Positions 27,605 to 36,921 of a stretch of DNA of 64,000 nt are shown in pieces. A model generated the notes under the pieces. The model made no database searches and was not told where the DNA came from. It worked only from the letters and a program-made list of their open reading frames with translations. The position numbers and the translations under genes are program-made. The stretch is from Clostridiales bacterium (GTDB lineage Bacteria > Bacillota > Clostridia > Christensenellales > CAG-138): positions 33,023 to 97,022 of the forward strand of contig SVGX01000001.1 of NCBI GenBank assembly GCA_015056105.1, given 5' to 3'. Every line of letters starts with the position of its first letter. The first letter of the stretch is position 1.

Positions 27605-28549
27605 TCAATTATAAGAAATTCGGGGATCGATAAAGGCGTACAGCAGGTCTGTGATCAGGTTTACAATAACGAAGATGAATGCGATCACAAGCGTACAACC
27701 CTGTACCACCGGATAGTCGCGCTGGTTGATGGCGGTAACGGCAAGCTGGCCAAGACCCGGCAGGGAGAAAATCTGCTCCATGATAACGCCGCCGCCAAGG
27801 AGAGAGCCGATCTGCATGCCGATAAGCGTGACAACGGGGATCATGGCGTTGCGGAAGGCATGCTTGAAGATGGCGACCTTTTCGTTGGCGCCTTTGGCGC
27901 GGACGGTCTTGATGAAATCCTGCCTGAGAACTTCCAGCATGGAGGAACGGGTCATACGCATGACGGAGCCGGAAATGCCGAAGCCGTTGATGAGCGCGGG
28001 AAGAATGATCATCTCAAGGTTCATCATGGGATCGTCAACAAAGAACACGAAGCCTAGCGGGGAGTAATAATTGAACATAAGGGAAAGCGCCAGGATCACG
28101 CAGATACAGGTGGCAAAGCCGGGAACGGAAACACCGAGAAGGGCGAATACGCGCACAAAGCGGTCTACCCAGGTGTTGCGCTTCACAGCAGCAAGGATGC
28201 CGAGCGGGATTGCAATGATCCAGGAGATCACGGCGGAAAGGACGGCAAGCTCAGCGGTAACACGCATGCGCTGGCCGATCTCGGGAAGGATGGGGGCGCC
28301 GCTGCGGATGGATTCACCAAAATCACCCACGAGTACGCCGCCGATCCAGTCCAGGTACTGGATGATATAAGGCCTGTCGAGGCCATACTTAACTTCCAAC
28401 TGATGGCGAAGCTCTTCGGTAGCTTCAATGCCGAGGATACCGGAGATAACATCGCCGGGGATCATCTTCATAACGGCGAAGATGAGCACGCTGATGCCAA
28501 ACAAAACGGGCAGCAGCTGAATGATGCGGCGAATGATATAATTTCTCAT
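27605..28549 (-). CDS. oppB: oligopeptide ABC transporter permease
   Basis: 314 aa. MRNYIIRRIIQLLPVLFGISVLIF is the typical OppB/DppB N-terminus. Confidence 0.85.
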   Translation of the reverse strand: MRNYIIRRIIQLLPVLFGISVLIFAVMKMIPGDVISGILGIEATEELRHQLEVKYGLDRPYIIQYLDWIGGVLVGDFGESIRSGAPILPEIGQRMRVTAELAVLSAVISWIIAIPLGILAAVKRNTWVDRFVRVFALLGVSVPGFATCICVILALSLMFNYYSPLGFVFFVDDPMMNLEMIILPALINGFGISGSVMRMTRSSMLEVLRQDFIKTVRAKGANEKVAIFKHAFRNAMIPVVTLIGMQIGSLLGGGVIMEQIFSLPGLGQLAVTAINQRDYPVVQGCTLVIAFIFVIVNLITDLLYAFIDPRISYN

Positions 28550-28670
28550 TTTTCACTCTCCTAAAGCAGCAGACTGTATTCTGCCATTGTTTCATACGAA
28601 GGTTGAGAACTGACAAATGCCAAACGGTGAGAGGTTGGCTTTGTCAGGCCTCAACCTGCAGGCGTAAAGA

Positions 28671-28696
28671 GGATGGGGCGGAAGTCCGCCCCATCC
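28671..28696 (-). terminator. intercistronic hairpin between oppA and oppB (attenuator/mRNA stabiliser)
   Basis: GGATGGGGCGG-AAGT-CCGCCCCATCC: a perfect 11-bp stem 16 nt after the oppA stop, with a weak U-tract. Confidence 0.55.
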
Positions 28697-28711
28697 CAAA
28701 GGCGCAATGGA

Positions 28712-30370
28712 TTATTTCTCGATCCAGGCGTCGCGATAGTTGCCGCTGTCGGCAAGAGTGGGAACGAAGCCCTGGAGATTCTTGCTGATAACGAAGTAAG
28801 CCATGGGGCTGGCAATACCGATCTTACCGGCGTCATCAATGATGATGTCCTGGCACTCGTTGTAGTACTCTTCACGAACGGCTTCGTCGGCGGTGCCGAG
28901 AGCGAGGGTGCAGAGCTCGTCAACGCGGGCGTTGGAGAAACCAAACACGCTGGCGCTGCCATCGGTGGTGAAGAACATGCCGATACCGCGGTTCGGATCG
29001 AGACCGGAACCATCCTGAACGACCATGGCGTCAAAGCCGGCCTCGGTGGTGCCCATCTTGTACCAAACGTCTACATATTCACCGGACTCGAGGTTCACGA
29101 TCTCAAGGTCGATGTAGATGGCGTCGAGCTGCTGATCGATAACAACGGCAGTCTGACGGATGGTGTCGAGAAGACCGGCAGCGACCTTAAGGGTCAGGCG
29201 GTTGTTCTCGTTGTAACCGGCAGCTTCCATCATCTGCTTGGCCTTTTCCACGTTGGTGGTGTAGAGGTCATAGTTGGAAAGCGGCACGGACCAGTGGCCG
29301 GTGGAGGGAGGAATGATGTGGGTGGGGATAGCTTCGCCGGAGAACACGATGTCGATGATGTTCTGACGGTCGATAGCATAGCAGATCGCCTGACGGACGT
29401 TCTTATCCTGGAGAGCGGGGGTGGAGGCGTTGAGGCCGAGGGCGATGTAGTCGCTGGTCTGGTAGCTGGCAACAGTCAGGTTTTCTTCCTTGGCAGCAGC
29501 CTGAACGTTGGAGGCGGAGAGGGTGGAGATGTCGATTTCGCCAGTACGAAGAGCAGCCAGACGGGCGGCTTCGTCGCCAACGAGGTAGAAGGTGATACCG
29601 TCGAGCTTAACGCGGTCGGCATCCCAGTACTCTTCGAACTTAACGAGGCTTACGTAGTTGTCAGCCTTCCACTCGCTGAGAGCGAAGGGGCCGGTACCGC
29701 CGTCAGCACGCATGAGGTCGCCGTTGGCCTTGACCACTTCGGGGTCAACGATGGCGCCGTAGTTGCTGCAGAGGTTGCTGAGGAATACGGAGGTAACGGT
29801 GGAGAGGGTGAACTTGACGGTGTACTTGTCGAGAACTTCGATGGTATCGATGTTGCCGAAGTAGGTCGCCTTGCTGCCGAAAGCACCGATGTCGCCGGCC
29901 TCGGTACGACCGAGAACGCGCTCGAAGGAGTACTTAACGGCTTCAGCAGTCACTTCGTTACCGGAATGGAACTTGACGCCTTCACGAAGCTTGATGGTGT
30001 AAGAAAGGCTGTCGGGGCTGATCTCCCAGCTCTCGGCGAGCTCGCCGTAGTAGTTCAGGTCTTTGTCCTGACCAAGAAGAGTCTCGTACATCTGGGGGAT
30101 GATGCGGAGGGAAGCTTCCTCGGAAACGGTGTGCGGGTCAAAGCCGGTGGGCTCGGAGTTGGCACCCCAGCGGAGGATCATGGGTTCAGCGGGCTCTTCG
30201 GAAGTCTCGGGAGCAGTGCTCGCTTCAGGAGCAGTGCTGGCTTCAGGAGCGGTGCTGGTCTCAGGAGCAGTGCTGGCCTCGGGTTCGGTGGTGGTGGTCT
30301 TGCCGCCGCAGCCAACCAGCACGCTGGCGATCATCATGACAGCCAGCATCAGGGACAGAAGCTTTTTCAT
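28712..30370 (-). CDS. oppA: ABC transporter substrate-binding lipoprotein (family 5, OppA/DppA-like)
   Basis: 552 aa with a lipobox (LVGCGG) and a repetitive STAPEA/T linker, followed by an SBP_bac_5-like body. Confidence 0.88.
   Translation of the reverse strand: MKKLLSLMLAVMMIASVLVGCGGKTTTTEPEASTAPETSTAPEASTAPEASTAPETSEEPAEPMILRWGANSEPTGFDPHTVSEEASLRIIPQMYETLLGQDKDLNYYGELAESWEISPDSLSYTIKLREGVKFHSGNEVTAEAVKYSFERVLGRTEAGDIGAFGSKATYFGNIDTIEVLDKYTVKFTLSTVTSVFLSNLCSNYGAIVDPEVVKANGDLMRADGGTGPFALSEWKADNYVSLVKFEEYWDADRVKLDGITFYLVGDEAARLAALRTGEIDISTLSASNVQAAAKEENLTVASYQTSDYIALGLNASTPALQDKNVRQAICYAIDRQNIIDIVFSGEAIPTHIIPPSTGHWSVPLSNYDLYTTNVEKAKQMMEAAGYNENNRLTLKVAAGLLDTIRQTAVVIDQQLDAIYIDLEIVNLESGEYVDVWYKMGTTEAGFDAMVVQDGSGLDPNRGIGMFFTTDGSASVFGFSNARVDELCTLALGTADEAVREEYYNECQDIIIDDAGKIGIASPMAYFVISKNLQGFVPTLADSGNYRDAWIEK
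30205..30294. repeat. tandem 18-nt repeat (~4.5 copies) encoding the STAPE(A/T) linker of OppA
   Basis: The units are tctcgggagcagtgctcg / cttcaggagcagtgctgg / cttcaggagcggtgctgg / tctcaggagcagtgctgg / cctcgggttcggtggtgg. Confidence 0.85.
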
Positions 30371-30432
30371 TGTTTTACCTCTTTCCTAAAAGATAATATT
30401 TATATCACAGGCTGTGCCTGCAGATACCGTTT

Positions 30433-31470
30433 TTACTGCACGATGGGCGCTTCCTGCCCAAGCAGCGAGTAGTGGATAGCCCGGCGGAATTCGTTGGTGT
30501 TGCCGGGGGCGCCTTCCAGACGGTGGAACTTGTTGGTCAGCGTTACGGCACCGATGCCGTTTTTTCGGCTGATCCACATACCGGTGCCGGTGAAGCCGGT
30601 ATGTCCGCAGCCTTCCGGGAAGGTGATGGTCTTATCGAAGCCGAGGCCGCGCTCGTTGAGCGTTGTTTCCATTGCCCGGAGGAAGATGGGCTTCTCGGTG
30701 TTCAAATAAAACATGCAGAGGCGGCTGAGAGCTTCCGATGTGGCAAACACGCCTGCGTGGCCGCTGGCGCCGTTCCAATAATAGAAGGCATTGCCGTCGT
30801 TGACGCTGCCGCGCACCTCAACGCCGTTTTCGCGCCAGCCGTCAAAGGTAAGGCCGCGCTCGGCGCACATGCGCTGCTCGATCTGATTGCCATAGCAGCT
30901 TGGCGCACAGCGGGAAGGCTCAACAGGACCGTAGGCCATCCCTTCGCCCACGATGGGGCGGATATACTGTTCAAGGCCTTCGCGGAGGGTGAGCCCCGTC
31001 ACATGGGTAAAGATAAGGCCGAGAAGCATGAAGTTAAGATCGCTGTAAGCCATGCCCGTTTCCACGGGGGTGGAGGAGAGCACGCGCTCGAGTACGGTGT
31101 AAAAATCGCGTCCGTCGCTGTAGAAAGGGAACCAGGGCACGATGCCGGAGGTATGGGTCAGAAGCTCGAATACCGTCACATCCCGAAGCCGTTCGCGGGT
31201 AACGGGGCCGGGGCCCTTTACAGGAAGGCGGGAAAGGACTTTGTCCTCCGGGGAAAGGCGACCTTCTTCCATGGCGAAAAGCAGCATGGTAGTGCAGATG
31301 ATCTTGCTGACGGAAGCAAGATCGAACCAGGTATCCTTTTCCGCGGGACCGGTGCAGTTGTGGTACAGCGTCTTTTCCCGGTCAAAGACCTGACATACCG
31401 CAGCGGGGAAGTACCCTTCGGTGCGGTATTTTTCAAGGATAGAATCGAGCAGAGCAGGATTAAGGTTCAT
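30433..31470 (-). CDS. serine hydrolase, beta-lactamase/transpeptidase-like family
   Basis: The start was trimmed to MNLNPALLDS with AGGAGG upstream. Motifs are SVSK, YSDLN and HTG. Confidence 0.8.
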   Translation of the reverse strand: MNLNPALLDSILEKYRTEGYFPAAVCQVFDREKTLYHNCTGPAEKDTWFDLASVSKIICTTMLLFAMEEGRLSPEDKVLSRLPVKGPGPVTRERLRDVTVFELLTHTSGIVPWFPFYSDGRDFYTVLERVLSSTPVETGMAYSDLNFMLLGLIFTHVTGLTLREGLEQYIRPIVGEGMAYGPVEPSRCAPSCYGNQIEQRMCAERGLTFDGWRENGVEVRGSVNDGNAFYYWNGASGHAGVFATSEALSRLCMFYLNTEKPIFLRAMETTLNERGLGFDKTITFPEGCGHTGFTGTGMWISRKNGIGAVTLTNKFHRLEGAPGNTNEFRRAIHYSLLGQEAPIVQ

Positions 31471-31730
31471 AAAAGACCTCCTGTTGGTTTCAAAATGAAG
31501 CCGGGCGGATGCAGCGGCAGCCGCATCGCTGAAGTTGAAGAAAGAGGAAGATGCCCGGCACTCATACGGAAAGTCTCGCCGCTGCGTGACGGCAAAACAA
31601 AAGCCTGCCGTCAAGTCCGGGTGGGCACGGGCCACACCGTATTCGGATGATACAACGCCAAGTTAAAAGGTTACAAAATTTATAGTTCGTGAACCATGAT
31701 AGCAGACATTTTGATTGGTCTGACAAATCA

Positions 31731-31764
31731 TAGACAGTATACCATTTATTTATGTATCTGTCTA
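31731..31764. promoter_or_regulatory. imperfect palindrome (candidate operator) in the murQ / serine-hydrolase divergent region
   Basis: TAGACAGTATAC-N11-GTATCTGTCTA. The outer 7 nt of the arms are perfectly complementary. Confidence 0.35.
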
Positions 31765-31884
31765 CTGAAAAAACATCAAAAACGCTTTTTTTACAGATTT
31801 TCTTTGCATGCAAAAATCACTGTTGACAGTCGCCGCGGGAATGGGATAGGCTAAATTTAACAACCTTTCGGAGGTACGTTATAT

Positions 31885-32796
31885 ATGGATAAATATCTGG
31901 CAGGTCTTGCCACGGAAAGCATCAACGAAGAAACAAGGGGTATCGACCGCTGTTCCACCGTCGAGATGGTGACGATGATCAACCGTCAGGATGCTCTTGT
32001 AGCCGGCGCAGTGGGCGCGGAAGCGGAAAACATCGCACGGGCGATCGATATGATCTATCCCCGCCTTGAAGCGGGCGGACGTCTTATTTATCTCGGTGCA
32101 GGCACATCGGGCCGCCTCGGCGTTCTCGATGCTTCGGAATGTCTGCCTACTTTCGGCGTGGATCCCGATATGGTACAGGGTTATATCGCCGGCGGCGATA
32201 TCGCGCTCCGCCGCCCCGTTGAAGGTTGCGAAGACAGCAGGGAAGACGGCATTGCCATCATCGATGAGCTGAAGGTTAATGAAAAGGATGCGGTCGTGGG
32301 CATCACCGCCAGCGGCAGCGCCCCCTATGTGCTTGCCGCGGTAGAACATGCGAAAAGTCTCGGCGCCGCAGCCATCGGTCTTTGCACCAATGCCAACTCC
32401 AAGCTGGAAAAGGTGTGCGATGTGACCATCGCACCCAAGGTAGGCCCGGAAGTTATCTCAGGTTCCACCCGCATGAAGTCCGGCACCGCCCAGAAGATGG
32501 TTCTCAACATGCTGACTACCTGCTCTATGGTCAAGATGGGCAAGGTCTACGGCAACCTGATGGTAGACCTTAAAGCCAGCAACAAAAAGCTTGAGGACCG
32601 TGCCCGCAGGCTCATCTGCCATGCTACCGGCGTGGACAGCGAAACGGCAGGAGAATACATCGTAAAGGCGAATTCCCATGTGAAGCTTGCGATCCTTATG
32701 ATCGAGACCGGCCTTGAGGCGGAGGCGGCGCAGAAAGTTCTTGATGCATGCGGCGGCCGCCTTGCGGAGGCTATTGAAGCGGGAAAGGAGAAATAA
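31885..32796 (+). CDS. murQ: N-acetylmuramic acid 6-phosphate etherase
   Basis: 303 aa with an SIS domain. LIYLGAGTSGRLGVLDASECLPTFG...GSTRMKSGTAQK. Confidence 0.9.
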   Translation: MDKYLAGLATESINEETRGIDRCSTVEMVTMINRQDALVAGAVGAEAENIARAIDMIYPRLEAGGRLIYLGAGTSGRLGVLDASECLPTFGVDPDMVQGYIAGGDIALRRPVEGCEDSREDGIAIIDELKVNEKDAVVGITASGSAPYVLAAVEHAKSLGAAAIGLCTNANSKLEKVCDVTIAPKVGPEVISGSTRMKSGTAQKMVLNMLTTCSMVKMGKVYGNLMVDLKASNKKLEDRARRLICHATGVDSETAGEYIVKANSHVKLAILMIETGLEAEAAQKVLDACGGRLAEAIEAGKEK

Positions 32797-32799
32797 ACC

Positions 32800-34002
32800 A
32801 TGTTCGAAACGCTGAAAAACAAGGAAAAACGCCTTGTGGTGGGCATGATGTCCGGCACCTCCGTAGATGGTGTGGATGCGGCCCTTGTAGAGTTTTCCGG
32901 TTCCGAGGAAAGCCCGGAAGTGCGCCTTGTCGCCTTTGAAAACAAACCCTTTCCGCCCGCTGTCAGGGAAAAGATCTTCAAGCTTTTCAGGCCCGACACC
33001 GCGCCCGTTGACGATGTGGGATATATGAACTTTCTTCTCGGCGAGCTGTATGCGAATGCGGCGCTTTCTGTGATCGAAAAGGCGGGCATGAAACCCGAAG
33101 ATATCGATGCCATCGGCTCCCACGGCCAGACAATCTGGCATTCCCCCGATCCCGATGAGCGGGACGGCTATCCCATCCGCTATACGGTGCAGATCGGTGA
33201 AGGTTCCGTGATCGCGCAGCGCACGGGCATTCTTACCGTTTCCGATTTCCGCGTGGCGGATATCGCGGAAGGCGGTCAGGGCGCGCCCCTTGTACCTTTT
33301 TCCGAATATCTTCTTTATCGCCGCCAGAACGAGACCATCCTCCTTCAGAATATCGGCGGCATCGGCAATGTGACGGTGCTTCCTGCCGGCGCGGGTCCCG
33401 ATGCGGTATTTGCCTTTGACACCGGCCCCGGCAACATGATCATTGATGCGGTGGTCAGCGCGCTGACGGATGGTAAAGAGACCTACGATGCAGGTGGCGC
33501 CCGCGGCAGCCGCGGCAAGGTATGCGAAGCCCTGCTCGCAAGGCTGCAGGCGGATCCCTACTATACCCATCCCCTGCCCAAATCCACCGGCCGGGAGCAC
33601 TTCGGTGTGCAGTACACAAAGGATATCATGGCGATGCAGAAGGAATTCGGTCTGAGCGATGACGATGTGGTCGCCACCGTGACCGACCTTACCGCATGGT
33701 CTATTGCGGACGCTTACGAACGCTATATCCTGCCCAAACACAAAGCGGTGGAGATCATCGTGGGTGGTGGCGGCAGCTACAATAAGACCCTTGTTGCCAT
33801 GATGGAAAAACGCTTTGCCGCCTATAGTGTCAAGGTACGCGTACAGGAAGATCTCGGCTTCAACAGCGATGCAAAGGAAGCTGTTGCGTTCGCCCTTCTT
33901 GCGGACCGTGCCGTGCGCGGTATGCCCAACACGCTTCCCGCCGTTACCGGTGCGCGCCAAAGCGTTATCATGGGGAAACTCTCACTGCCCTGGAAGGTAT
34001 AA
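32800..34002 (+). CDS. anmK: anhydro-N-acetylmuramic acid kinase
   Basis: 400 aa. VVGMMSGTSVDGVDAAL...GSHGQTIWH...LQNIGGIGN...DTGPGN. Confidence 0.9.
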   Translation: MFETLKNKEKRLVVGMMSGTSVDGVDAALVEFSGSEESPEVRLVAFENKPFPPAVREKIFKLFRPDTAPVDDVGYMNFLLGELYANAALSVIEKAGMKPEDIDAIGSHGQTIWHSPDPDERDGYPIRYTVQIGEGSVIAQRTGILTVSDFRVADIAEGGQGAPLVPFSEYLLYRRQNETILLQNIGGIGNVTVLPAGAGPDAVFAFDTGPGNMIIDAVVSALTDGKETYDAGGARGSRGKVCEALLARLQADPYYTHPLPKSTGREHFGVQYTKDIMAMQKEFGLSDDDVVATVTDLTAWSIADAYERYILPKHKAVEIIVGGGGSYNKTLVAMMEKRFAAYSVKVRVQEDLGFNSDAKEAVAFALLADRAVRGMPNTLPAVTGARQSVIMGKLSLPWKV

Positions 34003-34005
34003 AAC

Positions 34006-34476
34006 ATGGAACTGCGTCTTGTAAAATGTCCGGCGGAACTTCCTGCGGGCGTGGTGGAGATCTTTGATAATTCTGCCATCCATGAACGGTATTTCAGCGA
34101 CGGCCGGCTCAGAAACATCCTGCCCCGGTATGCGGCGGCGGGGGAACTGTACCTCGCTTTGGATGAAAATGATCGTCCTGTGGGTGCGATGCGGGTATCC
34201 ATGCGCGGTTTTTGCGGTCTCTACCCGTATCTTTCTCTGATCGGCGTGCATGCGGAGAGCCGGGGCAGCGGCGCGGGCGCTTTCCTGATGGGTGAGCTTG
34301 AACGGCTTGCCCGGGAATCCGGCGCAAAGCGCGTGACGCTGATGGTCAGCGATTTCAATGCGGGCGGCATCCGCTTCTACGAACGGCTTGGCTACTGGCA
34401 GCTCGGAAAGCTCCCCGATGCCGCAAAGGCGGGCATCACGGAACTTGTGATGGTAAAAGATATTTCGGCCGAATGA
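34006..34476 (+). CDS. GNAT-family N-acetyltransferase
   Basis: 156 aa. The motif is HAESRGSGAGAFLM, and the gene is tightly coupled to anmK. Confidence 0.7.
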   Translation: MELRLVKCPAELPAGVVEIFDNSAIHERYFSDGRLRNILPRYAAAGELYLALDENDRPVGAMRVSMRGFCGLYPYLSLIGVHAESRGSGAGAFLMGELERLARESGAKRVTLMVSDFNAGGIRFYERLGYWQLGKLPDAAKAGITELVMVKDISAE

Positions 34477-34713
34477 CCGAATGCAATAAAAACACAAATA
34501 AAAAGGCGGTTGGGCTGTTATACCCGCCGCCGTTTTTCTGCGCGGATACGGTACAATTAAGAATGAATGCCGCTTCTTTGATCTTCGCTTGTTGTGTGCA
34601 GGTACATAATGTGCGATAATAAAAAACAGCGGGAGGCGCCGTGCCGCTGTGAAATTACATTATTTTATAATGATGCAAAAATGATGCAATGCTTTCTAAA
34701 AGGAAAAGATCCT

Positions 34714-36090
34714 ATGAGCAACAGTAAAAAAGGCCTTGCGGGCATGATACTTGCCCTTGCCTGGCCCACGATGATGGAACAGGTGATGCAGACTGCCGTG
34801 CAGTATGTGGATACCGCCATGGTCGGCACTCTCGGAACGGATGCCGTTGCGGCAGTCGGTGCAACAAGCACCGTTGGCTGGCTCATTCACAGCACAGTTT
34901 CCGCTTTTGGTGTGGGCTTTCTGGCGCTCATTGCACAGGCTTGCGGTGCAAGAAATAAAGCCACCGCCAAACATGCTGCGGCGCAAGCTGCTTTTGTGGT
35001 GCTTGTCCTTGGTATCATCAGTACGGTGATACCTGTTGCGCTGAGTAGATGGGTGCCTGTATGGATGCAGGTGGATCCGCATATTCAGGATGTTTCCGCA
35101 ACGTATTTTATGATACTGTATCTTCCTATGCTGCCGCGAACGGCTTCCGCTATTTTTGGAACGGCACTTCGCGCTGCTGGAGATACAAAGACGCCCATGA
35201 AGGTAGGCATTATCGTCAATCTTCTCAATGTGGTTCTGAATTTCCTGCTGATCTATCCTACAAGAACCATTACCGTTGCCGGAATCAGCTTCACAATGGT
35301 CGGCGCCGGCCTTGGCGTGATCGGCGCAGCGGTAGCCAGTGCCATTGCTTATGTTTGGGGCGGCATTCATATTTCGCTTGTACTTTGGTGCCACCCGCTC
35401 ATTTCACCAAGGGGTGCATCGATCAAGCCGGATCCTGCCATTCTGAAACCATGTTGGAAGATCACCTTTCCCAATATGATGCAGCAGCTTGGAAGCTGTC
35501 TTGGCTTCGTGACTTTTGCGGCAATGATCAACTCTCTCGGCGGCGTATCCACTGCGGCGCATACCATTGCAAACACAGTGGAATCCGCCTTCTATATCCC
35601 GGCTTACGGAATGCAGACTGCAGCCGCAACCCTGACGGGCAATGCCTACGGTGCGCGGGATCATAAGCAAATGCGATCTCTTGCCGCCATGTTCATTCCC
35701 ATCGAAGAAACTCTGATGATCCTTTCCGGTGCTGCACTTTTCCTTTCCGCACCGGCGCTTGTTTCCCTTTTTTCCGAGAGCGAAGAAGTGATCCGTCTCG
35801 GTTCTGCGGTACTGCGCATGGTTGCGGTATCGGAACCCTTTTACGGTTTTTCCATCATCGTGGAAGGGATGCACCTTGGCGTCGGACGTACCCGTACGCC
35901 GTTCCTTTACAATGTGCTTGGCATGTGGTGCATCCGCATCGTGGGCACGTTCCTGTTTACGCAGGTGATGGACTTCGGTCTCGTTGCCGCATGGGGCTGC
36001 ATGATCGCCCACAATATTCTTGTGTTCGTTCTTTATCTGATCGCCTTTATCCGAGGATCCTGGAATCCGCTGAACAGCGCATACGTATAA
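34714..36090 (+). CDS. MATE-family efflux transporter
   Basis: The start was trimmed to MSNSKKGLAGMILALAWPTMMEQVMQ. The protein is a polytopic 12-TM type. Confidence 0.85.
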   Translation: MSNSKKGLAGMILALAWPTMMEQVMQTAVQYVDTAMVGTLGTDAVAAVGATSTVGWLIHSTVSAFGVGFLALIAQACGARNKATAKHAAAQAAFVVLVLGIISTVIPVALSRWVPVWMQVDPHIQDVSATYFMILYLPMLPRTASAIFGTALRAAGDTKTPMKVGIIVNLLNVVLNFLLIYPTRTITVAGISFTMVGAGLGVIGAAVASAIAYVWGGIHISLVLWCHPLISPRGASIKPDPAILKPCWKITFPNMMQQLGSCLGFVTFAAMINSLGGVSTAAHTIANTVESAFYIPAYGMQTAAATLTGNAYGARDHKQMRSLAAMFIPIEETLMILSGAALFLSAPALVSLFSESEEVIRLGSAVLRMVAVSEPFYGFSIIVEGMHLGVGRTRTPFLYNVLGMWCIRIVGTFLFTQVMDFGLVAAWGCMIAHNILVFVLYLIAFIRGSWNPLNSAYV

Positions 36091-36319
36091 GTTCCGAATA
36101 CGGATAAAACCGCAAAAACACATAAAGAAAAAAGTCGGGGATGGGATCGCCCCGGCTTTTCTGTTTGCTCCGGCGGCTCGGCTGCCGCGCTGTATCCGCA
36201 TCGGGATGCTGTTTTTTGATGTCGGGACGGGGCGAACGGTGAATTTTCTGCATCATTTCTTGTTTCTTTGCTTTTCTGGTGGTATAGTAACATAGAATAA
36301 TCATGTATGGAGGCACGTT

Positions 36320-36778
36320 ATGTTCAAACAGTTCAAGGAATTTGCGTTTAAAGGCAATGTAGTGGATATGGCAGTCGGTGTTATGATCGGCGGTGCATTC
36401 GGTAAGATTGTCACTTCCGCTGTCAACGATCTCATCATGCCCCTTATCAGCCTTCTGACCGGCGGTCTTGATTTTAGCACCCTGTTCATTGCCCTTGACG
36501 GCAACACCTACGAGACCCTTGCTGCTGCGCAGGAAGCGGGTGCAGCATGTTTTGCATACGGTTCCTTCATTACCACAGTACTTGATTTCCTTATCATGGC
36601 GATCTGCGTATTCCTGATGGTAAAGGGCATCACGGCGCTGCGCGACCTCAAGAAAAAGGATCAGCCTGCTCCGGAGCCGGAAAAAGCCCCTCGTACCTGC
36701 CCCTACTGCTGTGAGGTCATCAACGAGAAGGCTACCCGCTGTCCCCATTGCGCCGCAGAGCTGCCCGAGGTGGAATAA
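36320..36778 (+). CDS. mscL: large-conductance mechanosensitive channel MscL with C-terminal zinc-ribbon extension
   Basis: [31 protein letters not shown] is the canonical MscL N-terminus. The tail carries [18 protein letters not shown]. Confidence 0.9.
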   Translation: MFKQFKEFAFKGNVVDMAVGVMIGGAFGKIVTSAVNDLIMPLISLLTGGLDFSTLFIALDGNTYETLAAAQEAGAACFAYGSFITTVLDFLIMAICVFLMVKGITALRDLKKKDQPAPEPEKAPRTCPYCCEVINEKATRCPHCAAELPEVE

Positions 36779-36921
36779 CCCTTTTTCGCAGGCAGTTTAA
36801 GCGGTCTGTTTCGAAAATATACATGTATGCAATTCCCGCTTGCCTTGACAGGGCATAAAAGGAAAACTTACAATAATAAGTGGTAACTCCGCCGCTTTTG
36901 CGGCGGAGAGAAAGGACTTCA

